This document shows, piece by piece, positions 49,153-58,086 of a stretch of 64,000 bases of DNA. The notes under the pieces were generated by a model. It did no database searches, had not been told where the DNA came from, and saw only the letters and a program-made list of their open reading frames with translations. Position numbers and translations under genes: made by a program. Each line of letters starts with the position of its first letter. The first letter of the stretch is position 1. Source of the DNA: an uncultured bacterium. GTDB taxonomy: Bacteria; Planctomycetota; UBA1135; GCA-002686595. The stretch covers positions 736,001 through 800,000 of the forward strand of contig CALSNU010000002.1 in NCBI GenBank assembly GCA_943787795.1, written 5' to 3'.

Positions 49153-49878
49153 ATGCACCCAGCCGCTCCACGCTCCTCGCCGCGCCTCCCGGCTGGCCTC
49201 TTCGCGTTCGTCGCGATGGTCACGGCCTCCTGCGCAGGCCCCGACGCCCATTCGCCGGCAGCCTGGGAGCCCTACCTTCCCAGGCGTGCTTCGGCCGCCC
49301 GGGACCATGTCCAGGGCACCGTGGGGATCACCCAGTTCTCGCCGGGGACGACGATCTCGGCCCCGGGGACGAACGTGGTCAACGACGGCAGCCAGACGTT
49401 CCCGATGCTGGGCGGGAGCTTCCAGCACTCGATGACGGACGGAGACGTCCGCCTGGGGCTGGAGGGCGGGATCTCGGGTAGCTGGCAGTCCACCCGCACC
49501 GTCCTGGCCCTTGGGAACGGGGCGATCGTGACCCAGCGCGACAACGAGGTGCTGCTGCTCGATGGGTTCGTCGGTGCCTACGCCACGATCCCGCTCGAGG
49601 GCGGGTGGCGTGTCTACGGCGGGGCGGGCCCCTTGCTCCAGTACGCCAGCGTCAAGACGCTCAGCGTGGATCAACCTGCGGGTTCGGAGCGCGACTCGGT
49701 GGATGGCGTCGGCGGCGGCTGGTACGCCCGAGCAGGCGTCGAGCTCGAGCTGGGTGGGCCGGTGCTGCTGGGTCTTGGTGTGCGCTGGGTCGACTCCTAC
49801 GCCTACCTCGGCCCTGACTTCAACGACCTCATCGTCGAGGGCATACAGTTCGGACTCACGCTCTCGCAGTCGTACTGA
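49153..49878 (+). CDS. Outer-membrane beta-barrel protein with a lipobox-like signal
   Basis: VTASC; amphipathic strands (RVYGGAGPLLQY, GWYARAGVEL, LGLGVRW); ends GLTLSQSY. Confidence 0.7.
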   Translation: MHPAAPRSSPRLPAGLFAFVAMVTASCAGPDAHSPAAWEPYLPRRASAARDHVQGTVGITQFSPGTTISAPGTNVVNDGSQTFPMLGGSFQHSMTDGDVRLGLEGGISGSWQSTRTVLALGNGAIVTQRDNEVLLLDGFVGAYATIPLEGGWRVYGGAGPLLQYASVKTLSVDQPAGSERDSVDGVGGGWYARAGVELELGGPVLLGLGVRWVDSYAYLGPDFNDLIVEGIQFGLTLSQSY

Positions 49879-49930
49879 AGAGCCCGCTAGACTTCCCGCT
49901 CACCTCGTCCCCTCACGCGCCCCTGCCTCC

Positions 49931-50278
49931 ATGAAGCTCCAGCTGCTCGCCGTCGCGTTCCTCGCGGTTCTCTCCATTGGACCGGGTTGCGTCACCGTGG
50001 ATGCCGACACCAACGAGGTCATCCCCAGGGGTGATCAGCGCTACAAGTTCGCGACGGTGAAGGAGTACGCCAAGGACCTGAAGCTGGGCATGACCAAGCT
50101 CCAGGTGCTGTCCACGGTGGGCTCCCCCGCGGAGAAGGGCGAGCGGGGCGATGTCTGGGTGTATCTCCCGGAGCGCTCGGCGATCCTGATCCCCTCCAAG
50201 GCTCTCAAGCTCCACTTCGAGGACAACGCGCTGACCGAATTCGGCTTCCACGCCATCGTCCTCGGCGCTCAGCTCTAG
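49931..50278 (+). CDS. BamE/SmpA-like lipoprotein
   Basis: Lipoprotein signal ...GPGC; LKLGMTKLQVLSTVGSP...WVY motif. Confidence 0.7.
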   Translation: MKLQLLAVAFLAVLSIGPGCVTVDADTNEVIPRGDQRYKFATVKEYAKDLKLGMTKLQVLSTVGSPAEKGERGDVWVYLPERSAILIPSKALKLHFEDNALTEFGFHAIVLGAQL

Positions 50279-50326
50279 GCCGGTGAGAGCGTCCCCTGGG
50301 CGGTGATTCGGCCTACACTGGGCGAG

Positions 50327-51457
50327 ATGATCTCCCTCGCCCTCGCTCTGCTTGCGCCTGCTCTGACCCAGGTGGACTCGCCCGCCCCCGTGGCTCCGAA
50401 GCAGGCCCCGAATCAGGCACTGAAGGCGCCCCCCGGCACGGTGTGGGTCGAGCCCGGTGTCTTCACGATGGGGTGGGACGGCGAGGACGGCCGGCTGGAT
50501 GAGCGCCCGGCGCACAAGGTTCGGGTCGACGGCTTCTGGATGGACTTGACCGAGGTCACCAACGCGCAGTTCGCGCGCTTCGTGGAGGCCACGGGCTACA
50601 AGACCACCGCGGAGGTCGTGCCGAGCTGGGAGGACCTCGCCGCCCAGCTGCCGCCGGGCACTCCCGAGCCGCCGCCGGGCACGCTCGTGGCGGGCTCGCT
50701 GATCTTCACCAAGACCCGCGGGCGGGTCGACCTGCGAGACTACTCACAGTGGTGGGCGTGGACCCCGGGCGCGGACTGGCGTCACCCCAAGGGGCCGGGG
50801 AGCTCCATCGATGGATTGGGGGCCTATCCGGTGGTCCACGTGTCGTGGTACGACGCAACGGCCTACGCCGCGTGGGCCGGCAAGCGGCTGCCCACGGAGG
50901 CCGAGTGGGAGCGTGCGGCGCGCGCTGGCGCTGACGGAGCGCGCTACATGTGGGGCGCAGAGCTGGTCCCTGAGGGGGTCCACCAGGCCAACATCTGGCA
51001 GGGTCAGTTTCCCTTCGAGAACAAGCTCGCCGATGGCTTCGAGGTGGCCGCCCCGGTCGGGAGCTACCCGCCGAACCCACTGGGGCTCTTCGACATGAGC
51101 GGCAACGTCTGGGAGTGGACCTCGGATCAGTTTCAGCCAGACCTCTACGAGCAGCGAGTGGGCGCCGGCGAGCCGGGCGCCGTGATCGAGAACCCCACCG
51201 GGCCCAAGCGCGCAGCTGACCCTCGGAACCCTTACTCCCGGGATTCCTACGTCCAGAAGGGGGGGTCCTTCCTCTGCCACGCGGACTACTGCTCGAGCTA
51301 CCGCCCGAGCGCCCGCATGGCCACGCCGCCCGACAGCGGGATGAACCACCTGGGCTTCCGGTGCGTCACGACTCCCCTCCTCTGGGCGGAACACCTTGAG
51401 CGTGCCCGTGCCCATGGCAGCGCATCGTCAGAGCCGCCGAAGAAGGGCGCGGACTGA
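50327..51457 (+). CDS. Formylglycine-generating enzyme family protein
   Basis: FTMG, EVTNAQF, PVVHVSWYDA, RLPTEAEWE, DMSGNVWEW, KGGSFLCHADYCSSYRPSAR, HLGFRC. Confidence 0.92.
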   Translation: MISLALALLAPALTQVDSPAPVAPKQAPNQALKAPPGTVWVEPGVFTMGWDGEDGRLDERPAHKVRVDGFWMDLTEVTNAQFARFVEATGYKTTAEVVPSWEDLAAQLPPGTPEPPPGTLVAGSLIFTKTRGRVDLRDYSQWWAWTPGADWRHPKGPGSSIDGLGAYPVVHVSWYDATAYAAWAGKRLPTEAEWERAARAGADGARYMWGAELVPEGVHQANIWQGQFPFENKLADGFEVAAPVGSYPPNPLGLFDMSGNVWEWTSDQFQPDLYEQRVGAGEPGAVIENPTGPKRAADPRNPYSRDSYVQKGGSFLCHADYCSSYRPSARMATPPDSGMNHLGFRCVTTPLLWAEHLERARAHGSASSEPPKKGAD

Positions 51458-51497
51458 CCGTGCGAGCGTCCCCGGACGACCGAGGGGCTCGTCGGGG

Positions 51498-52211
51498 TCA
51501 GGCTGCCGGTTCTTCGACCGTGCGGTTGCTGATCCAGAGGGCCACGAGCCCGCCGATGAGGATGGCCACGTAGAGCTGCCCGACGACGGCCTCGGCGGCG
51601 CACAGGAACTGGGCCCCGGGGGTGACCGGGATCACGTCGCCGTAGCCCAGCGTCGTGATGGTCACAAAGCTGAAGTAGACAAAGGGCGTATGCAAGCAGC
51701 TCGCGGCGGCGCTGGACCTGTCGATGAGGGCCACGCCACCCTCCTGGTAGGAGCCAGGTGAGACGCACTCGGTGACGATGTGAAGCTCCGCGAACATGAG
51801 CGCCATGAGGAGGTACACGTTGATCCCGCCCAGGAGCGTATCGCTCGATGGTGAGCGCTCTCGGGTCAGCGTGCGCATCAGGGTGACCGCGAGTACGCCG
51901 AGGTAGATCGCGCTGAGCGCGGACTTCAGCAGGGCCTTGTCGAGCGCCTCGTCCAGGATCCACGTCGCGAACCACTGGGCGCAGAGGTTGAAGAGGACGA
52001 GGACCCCCGCCAGCGCGAGGATCTTGCGCCCCTCGTTCGCGTTATTCGCGACCCAGAGGCCGGCGACGAGGATTCCGGTGAAGCCGACCCGAAGCGTGGG
52101 GATGCCCAGCGACGAGCTGCCCATGATGGGGATCAGGACGATGAACAGCACCAGCGCGATGAGCAGGGTGCCGAACGGCGCCTGCCGGCTGCGGTGGTCG
52201 GCGTTAATCAT
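51498..52211 (-). CDS. Potassium-channel family protein
   Basis: YFSFVTITTLGYGDVIP selectivity filter; EAVVGQLYVAILI; several TM helices. Confidence 0.9.
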   Translation of the reverse strand: MINADHRSRQAPFGTLLIALVLFIVLIPIMGSSSLGIPTLRVGFTGILVAGLWVANNANEGRKILALAGVLVLFNLCAQWFATWILDEALDKALLKSALSAIYLGVLAVTLMRTLTRERSPSSDTLLGGINVYLLMALMFAELHIVTECVSPGSYQEGGVALIDRSSAAASCLHTPFVYFSFVTITTLGYGDVIPVTPGAQFLCAAEAVVGQLYVAILIGGLVALWISNRTVEEPAA

Positions 52212-52915
52212 GCGTCGCGCCCGTCGCCTGCGGCGGCGGACCCTGCAGCGGCGGACCCTGCGGCGGCGGACCCTGCGGCGGCGGACCCTGCGGCGGCGGA
52301 ACCTGCGGCGGCAGACACTGCGGCGGCAGACCCTGCGGCGGCAGACCCTGCGGCGGCAGACCCTGCGGCGGTGACGGGCCTCCTCGGGAAGCGCTCGAGG
52401 ATCGCGCTGACCACGGCACTCGCTGCCTTGGCCGGATCTTCGCGCAGCTTCTTGGTGACGGTCCGGGCGGTCTTGCCGTGCCACACAGGCGCGTCACGCG
52501 CGGGATCGAAGAAGTCGATGCAGAGGGTGCCCTCGGTGTAGCGTCGGACGTCGGTCTGCTGGTAGTACGGCCCGCCCCACTCGTACATTCCTCGGCCGTA
52601 GAAGCTCGGATACTCGGTCTCCACGACGCGGTCGCGCGCGCCAAGGGTGAAGGAGACCACGAGGTCCGGCGCCTGCCCCTCTGGGCTCGCGCGGTAGCCC
52701 CGCGCGATGAGGTCCTCAGCGGCGGCGCGTTCGAGGTGCCCCGCGAGCATGGGGTTCATCCCCTCCGGTCCCGCGGCGACGGAGGAGGGCTTGAGGAAGG
52801 TGAATGTCTCGTAGGCCTCGAAGTCCACCGACGGGTCAAGGTCGGTATAGACGGGGGGGGCGACGCAGCTGGCGGTGAGCGCAAGCGAGAGGAGCAGCAA
52901 GGAGCGGTTGAGCAT
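52208..52915 (-). CDS. DUF4136 lipoprotein with a repetitive C-terminal tail
   Basis: Lipobox TASC; DFEAYETFTF, YTEGTLCIDFFD, VWHG, ILERFP; (AAAGS)n tail. Confidence 0.88.
   Translation of the reverse strand: MLNRSLLLLSLALTASCVAPPVYTDLDPSVDFEAYETFTFLKPSSVAAGPEGMNPMLAGHLERAAAEDLIARGYRASPEGQAPDLVVSFTLGARDRVVETEYPSFYGRGMYEWGGPYYQQTDVRRYTEGTLCIDFFDPARDAPVWHGKTARTVTKKLREDPAKAASAVVSAILERFPRRPVTAAGSAAAGSAAAGSAAAVSAAAGSAAAGSAAAGSAAAGSAAAGSAAAGDGRDA
52227..52371. repeat. 15-bp tandem repeat, ~9.5 copies
   Basis: (CCTGCGGCGGC[G/A]GAC)n encoding AAAGS units on the minus strand. Confidence 0.95.
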
Positions 52916-52998
52916 GGCGGACTGACCTTACCCACCTGGGGCGCGAGCGTGAGCCCATTCACCCCCAGGTTCACCAGAGGCGCAGGTCCAGGGCTACG

Positions 52999-54564
52999 AT
53001 GGAATTGATGAAGAGCTGTCATGCCCTCAACGTCCTGCTGCTTGCGACGCTCCCCTCCTGCGTCTATCCCCGGCTGGACGGCGCCGCGACCCCAAGCTTC
53101 GCCTTCGACGGCCCGGTGGAGTCGAAGATCGGCGCCAAGATCAGCGAGATCCTGGATCGCCACCCTGGGGAGACGGGGCTGTATCTGCTCGGGGACGGGC
53201 TGGACGCCTTCGCTTCCCGCGCCGCGATGATCAAGCGCGCGGAGCACGCCGTCGACGTGCAGTACTACATCTTCCACGACGACATCACGGGATCGATCCT
53301 GCTCAAGCTGCTGCTTGAGGCGGCGGACCGCGGCGTACGGGTGCGGCTCCTGATCGACGACCTGGGGTCAGATGGCATCGATGATCGGCTCGCCGCGGCG
53401 AACGTGCATGAGCACCTCGAGGTGCGGCTCTTCAACCCGCGGGCGCGGGGGCCTTGGAACTGGATGGCGAAGACCCTGGACCTCATGGGCCGGCCCTTCC
53501 GGATCAACCATCGGATGCACAACAAGATGCTCACCGTCGACGGGCTCGCGGGGATCGTCGGCGGGCGGAACGTGGGGGATGAGTACTTCGACGCCGCGGA
53601 GGACGTCAACTTCGGTGACCTCGACGTGCTCGCATTCGGCCCGGTGCTCTCGGAGCTCGGGGAGTCCTTCGACGAATACTGGAACTCCGAGTTCACTGAG
53701 CAGCTCAACGGGTGGAGCTCCTTCAAGAGGGACGCGGCCGACCTCGACGCCCTGCGGTCTGCGCTCCTGGACGTCGCGGCAGAGAACCGAGACTCGTCGT
53801 ACGCGCGGAGGCTGGACGGGGCGGACTTCATCAAGGAGGCGGCCGACGATGAGCTCCCGCTGACCTGGGCGGTGACCCACGCTCACAGCGATCGGCCCAG
53901 GAAGATCGTCGCGAGCGGGGACGATCTCGCCGAGCTGCTGCTGATCGAGCGCCTGCGGAGTGACATCCCCACCGTGCAGGAGGAGCTCCTGATCGTCTCC
54001 CCCTACTTCATCCCTGGAAAGGCGGGGACGCGCGCCCTCGTGGCTGACGCGGCCCGTGGCGTGGAGGTCCGGATCCTCACCAACTCGCTGGCCTCGACGG
54101 ACGTGGGAGCGGTGCACGCCGGCTATCGCAAGTACCGCCGCAAGCTCGTGGAGGGCGGGGTCCAGGTCTACGAGGTCCAGCCCAGCAGCGACTTCACCGA
54201 CGCCCTCTACGACGAGGGCCTGTTCGGCTCGAAGAACGCGAGCCTGCACGCCAAGACCTTCATCTCGGACCGCCGGTACCTGTTCGTGGGCTCCATGAAC
54301 CTCGACCCGCGCTCGGTCCAGCTCAACACGGAGCTGGGCTTCGTGATCGACAGCCCGGAGCTCGCGGAGACGCTGATCAGCGGGATCGAAGAGGTGATGG
54401 CGCCGGAGGGGAGCTGGCGAGTGACGGTGGACGATGAGGGACTTCTGTGGACGGGGATCGAGGGAGATGAGCCCGTGTCCCACCGCAAGGAGCCCCGGAC
54501 CACCTTGTGGCAGCGGTTCAAGTGCGGTCTCGTCGGGTGGCTTCCCATCGAAGGGCAACTCTGA
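52999..54564 (+). CDS. Phospholipase D family protein (ClsC/YmdC-like)
   Basis: Two HKD motifs (HNKMLTVD, HAKTFISD); GGRNVGDEYF; GSMNLDPRS; lipobox-like LPSC. Confidence 0.92.
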   Translation: MELMKSCHALNVLLLATLPSCVYPRLDGAATPSFAFDGPVESKIGAKISEILDRHPGETGLYLLGDGLDAFASRAAMIKRAEHAVDVQYYIFHDDITGSILLKLLLEAADRGVRVRLLIDDLGSDGIDDRLAAANVHEHLEVRLFNPRARGPWNWMAKTLDLMGRPFRINHRMHNKMLTVDGLAGIVGGRNVGDEYFDAAEDVNFGDLDVLAFGPVLSELGESFDEYWNSEFTEQLNGWSSFKRDAADLDALRSALLDVAAENRDSSYARRLDGADFIKEAADDELPLTWAVTHAHSDRPRKIVASGDDLAELLLIERLRSDIPTVQEELLIVSPYFIPGKAGTRALVADAARGVEVRILTNSLASTDVGAVHAGYRKYRRKLVEGGVQVYEVQPSSDFTDALYDEGLFGSKNASLHAKTFISDRRYLFVGSMNLDPRSVQLNTELGFVIDSPELAETLISGIEEVMAPEGSWRVTVDDEGLLWTGIEGDEPVSHRKEPRTTLWQRFKCGLVGWLPIEGQL

Positions 54565-54628
54565 AGGGCAACTCTGATTGGCGGCCCTGAGAGGGAACTC
54601 TGCGGGGCATCTATGGGGGGCAACCCTG
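54550..54628. repeat. Degenerate repeats of the PLD gene's last 13 bp
   Basis: AAGGGCAACTCTG twice in tandem across the stop codon, then AGGGAACTCTGCGGGGCA and GGGCAACCCTGCGGGGCA. Confidence 0.6.
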
Positions 54629-54681
54629 CGGGGCAGGGCGGGACTGCGCGTCGGGGTCGGGCGCACCTACGCCGCTCGCGC

Positions 54682-55158
54682 CTAGAGGCTGAGGCCGATG
54701 CCGACGGTGCCCACGACGCCGTCTACCTGAGCGGCATCAACGAACAGCCCGCTCGTGGAGCGCTCCTCGTACATCACGCGGAAGTTCATGAAGAGGTGGT
54801 CGTTGAGGTGCAGGAGCGCGCCGCCGCCCGCGCTCCACCCGCTGACGTCATCGAAGAGGTCCAAGCCGATCAGCTGGTTCGCCTCGACGAACGGTCGGAG
54901 CTTCCAGATCTCGAGGAACCGCCGCCGGAGGCCGAGGGTGGCCTCGGTGGAGTCCAAGGTGCCGATCTCCCGCTCGTCCATGCCGACCAGGATGTCCACG
55001 ATCGGAGTGTTGAGGGCGAGGTGGCCGCCGTAGCCACCGAGGTCCTCATCAGCGTCCTCCAGCGCGAGCGCGCGCGCCTCGAAAGAGAGCACGCCCTCGG
55101 ACATGGATTGGCAGGAGGCGAAGAGGGCGGCGGTGAGGGCGAGGAGGAGGGGCTTCAT
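54682..55158 (-). CDS. Small outer-membrane beta-barrel with lipobox (paralog 2)
   Basis: LFASC; LGLRRRFLEIWKLRPFVE; ends GTVGIGLSL. Confidence 0.75.
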   Translation of the reverse strand: MKPLLLALTAALFASCQSMSEGVLSFEARALALEDADEDLGGYGGHLALNTPIVDILVGMDEREIGTLDSTEATLGLRRRFLEIWKLRPFVEANQLIGLDLFDDVSGWSAGGGALLHLNDHLFMNFRVMYEERSTSGLFVDAAQVDGVVGTVGIGLSL

Positions 55159-55418
55159 GACGGGGATGGCTGAGGGATGAGACCCGCAGGGCGGTCGGTG
55201 GAGGGAGAGCCTCCAGTGGCATCGTGGGGGAGCGTATCGGTCGCCCCCCCTCCGAGTCGGCGGGCTGATCTGTCGGATGGACCCTTGGAGACTTCGATCC
55301 TGGGTCGGCGGTCAGGGACCCCGCATCGAAAGGGTGCGCCCTGGTCTCCCCTCGGGGGCGACCAGGGCGCACGCGGACTCAGCGGAGGTCGGGGCGGGTG
55401 TCCCTTCCGCAGCAAGTC

Positions 55419-55949
55419 TCAGAGGCTGAAGCCGATGCCGACCGTGCCGGTGACGCCGTCCACGGTGGCGGACGTCGTCGGGAGATCGATCGACGTCGAC
55501 TCGTACATGAGGCGGAAGTTCAGGAACAAAGAGTCGGTGAGGTTGAGGAGTGCGCCTCCGCCGGCCGCCCAGCCGTCGTAGGTCTCCTCCTCGACGCCGT
55601 TGTCGAGGTTGAAGCCGTGGCGGTAGTCCGCCTCCACGTAGGGGTGCAGCTTCCAGATCTCGAGGAAGCGACGGCGGACGCCAAGGACCAGCTCCGCAGA
55701 GTCTTCTCTGCCGAACTCGCGGTCATCAACGCCGACGAGGAAGTCCACCACGGGCGTCTTCAGCGCGGCGTGGATGCCGTAGCCGGAGAGTTCAATGTTC
55801 TCTTCATCGAATGCAGAGCCGCTCTCGACCTCGTCGATGTCGGCGTCGTCGATGACGACAGCGCGAGCCTCGAAGGCGAGGGTGCCCTCGGACATGGACT
55901 GGCAAGAGGCGAGGAGGAGTGCGGGAAGGGCGAAGATAGCGAGCTTCAT
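55419..55949 (-). CDS. Small outer-membrane beta-barrel with lipobox (paralog 1)
   Basis: MKLAIFALPALLLASC; LGVRRRFLEIWKLHPYVE; ends GTVGIGFSL. Confidence 0.75.
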   Translation of the reverse strand: MKLAIFALPALLLASCQSMSEGTLAFEARAVVIDDADIDEVESGSAFDEENIELSGYGIHAALKTPVVDFLVGVDDREFGREDSAELVLGVRRRFLEIWKLHPYVEADYRHGFNLDNGVEEETYDGWAAGGGALLNLTDSLFLNFRLMYESTSIDLPTTSATVDGVTGTVGIGFSL

Positions 55950-56010
55950 GTTGTGGGGGGGGATAGAGATAGAGAGTGGAACAGGGGAGGGTGTGGAGCT
56001 CAAGAAACCA

Positions 56011-57861
56011 CTAGGTGGTCTCGGCGCTCCCCAGCGGCGGGGCGATGGCCCCCTCGCTGAAGAGGTGGACGTCGCGCTGCGGGAACGGGATCTGGATCCC
56101 CTCCTCGTCAAAGCGGCGCTTGACGGTCTCGGTGACATCCCAGAAGACGTCCCAATAGTCGGTGGTCTTGACCCAGGGCCTCGTGATGAGGTTGACCGAG
56201 GAGTCGCCGAGCTCATGCACGCGGACGTTGGGCTCGGGGTCGTCGAGGACCTTGTCGTGGGCATTCAGTATCTCGATCAGGACCTCCCGGGCGCGGGCGA
56301 AGTCGCAGCCGTAGCCGATGCCGAAGACCATGTCGACGCGGCGGGTCTGGTTGGCGGTGACGTTGGTGATCACGTCCCCCCAGACCATGCCGTTCGGCAC
56401 GTGGATGGTCCGGTTGTCCATGGTGCGGATGGTGGTCGTCATGAGTGTCATGCCCATCACACGGCCGAAGGCCCCGGCGGTGTCGACGATGTCCTCCACG
56501 TCAAACGGGCGGAAGACCATGATCATCAGGCCGCTGGCGAGGTTGCCGAGGGTGCCTTGAAGCGCGAGGCCAAGCACGAGGCCAGCGGCGCCGATGGCGG
56601 CGACCATCGGCGCCATGTTGACGCCCAGGACCGAGAGCGCCACGAGGAGGCCGATCAGGACCAGGCCCTTCTCCACCGTCGAGATGACGAACTGTCGGAG
56701 CAGCGCGGAGGACCCTCCGACGCGGTTCATGGCCCGCTTTGTGATCTTGCCGGCGATCCTGGAGAGCACGAACGCGACCAGGATCGTCGCTAGCGCTCGG
56801 AGCAGCCGGAGGCCGATGGCGACGCCGCCGTCCGGGCTGCTGAGCCAGGCGGTGAAGCTGGTGATCGCCGCGTTCACGCCGGTGATGGGCGGGGTGGCGA
56901 CCACAGAGCTCACGTAGGCCTTCGAGGAGGCCCCGTCCCCGCCCTTCTTCTCCAGCGCGGAGATCACGATGTTCACTCGCTCGATGAGCCGGCCGCGTTG
57001 GCCGCGGAGCAGGACCGCCTGCTCGTTGAAGCGGGCCTGGCCGTCGTCGGAGCTCTGGAGACCTGCGATCTCCTTGGCCGAGATCTCGGCGCAGGTGGCC
57101 TCCAGGAGTGCCAACCAGACGTCCAGCTCCTCCTGAACGAGCTCGAGGTTCATCGGCCGCAGGCGGGCCTTGAGGACCTCCTTCTCCAGTGCGATGGCGC
57201 TCGAGCGAGTCAGGGTGCCCGCCTCGGTCGTGGATATCTTCGCCGTGGCCTCGCGGGCTGCATTGAGGCGGATCCGAGTCGCCTCCACGTCTGCACCTGC
57301 CTTGGAGAGCGAATTGACGAGGTCGTCAGCCGCTGAGATCAGCGTCTGGACGTCCGCGCGGACCTCGGACTCGCGCTCGCGCTCCGGGCTGCTTGCCGGC
57401 GTGGCCTCGATGCTCTCGAGCTCGGTCAACTCGGTCTCGATCATCGAGACATAGCTGTCGAGGAACCCCTGCACCACGGCGATCGGCTGCGCCTCGAGCT
57501 CCCCGGAGAGCTTGCCCGCGCGCTCCACCGCTTCGGCCAAGGTGGCGGGCGGTGACGGCGCGACCTCCTTCTCGGGCTCCTCGGGGGCAGCCAGCTCCTG
57601 TTCGTCCGCAATCTCGGGCTCGGCCCGGTCTCCCTGAGCCGGGTCTCCCTGAGCCGGGTCTCCCTGAGCCGGGTCTCCCTGAGCCGGGTCTCCCTGGGTC
57701 GAGTCTTCCTGGGTCAGGGTCTCCGTGTTGGGACCCTCCGCGCTCGCAGCGACCGCTCCACTCGCAGTCTCCTGCGCCGCAGACGGGATGGCGAGGCTCA
57801 GGAAGACGAAGGGGAGCAGCAGGCGCATGGAGATCGCAGCGCGGAAGAAGGGGATCTTCAT
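56011..57861 (-). CDS. mscS: Small-conductance mechanosensitive channel with a large periplasmic helical N-domain
   Basis: GAAGLVLGLALQGTLGNLASGLMI, RPFDVED, IHVPNG, RRVDMVFGIGY, GIQIPFPQRDVH; start uncertain. Confidence 0.9.
   Translation of the reverse strand: MKIPFFRAAISMRLLLPFVFLSLAIPSAAQETASGAVAASAEGPNTETLTQEDSTQGDPAQGDPAQGDPAQGDPAQGDRAEPEIADEQELAAPEEPEKEVAPSPPATLAEAVERAGKLSGELEAQPIAVVQGFLDSYVSMIETELTELESIEATPASSPERERESEVRADVQTLISAADDLVNSLSKAGADVEATRIRLNAAREATAKISTTEAGTLTRSSAIALEKEVLKARLRPMNLELVQEELDVWLALLEATCAEISAKEIAGLQSSDDGQARFNEQAVLLRGQRGRLIERVNIVISALEKKGGDGASSKAYVSSVVATPPITGVNAAITSFTAWLSSPDGGVAIGLRLLRALATILVAFVLSRIAGKITKRAMNRVGGSSALLRQFVISTVEKGLVLIGLLVALSVLGVNMAPMVAAIGAAGLVLGLALQGTLGNLASGLMIMVFRPFDVEDIVDTAGAFGRVMGMTLMTTTIRTMDNRTIHVPNGMVWGDVITNVTANQTRRVDMVFGIGYGCDFARAREVLIEILNAHDKVLDDPEPNVRVHELGDSSVNLITRPWVKTTDYWDVFWDVTETVKRRFDEEGIQIPFPQRDVHLFSEGAIAPPLGSAETT
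57627..57715. repeat. 15-bp tandem repeat (4 perfect plus 2 degenerate copies)
   Basis: GGTCTCCCTGAGCCG units encoding QGDPA in the MscS N-terminal linker. Confidence 0.92.
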
Positions 57862-58086
57862 GGGGCGCGAGACTAGTCCAGCCGCTCTGAAGCGTGAACC
57901 CTCTGAGTGCAGATCCTGCATCGTCGGGTGAGTCCCGCAGGGGACGCCGCGCGGCGGTGTCGATCCCCCGAGAAGCCCTCGGGTAGACCACAGGTCGGCA
58001 GCCCTACGGGCCTTCCCGTATGCTCGCCCCCCGACCGAGCGCAGCTGCCCGCTCCGCACCATCTTTCCCGCGCCGGTTTGACCGCC

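Noticed and set aside
52227..57715. 15-bp repeat arrays as CRISPR
   Set aside because: Head-to-tail units without spacers, in frame inside genes; no cas genes.
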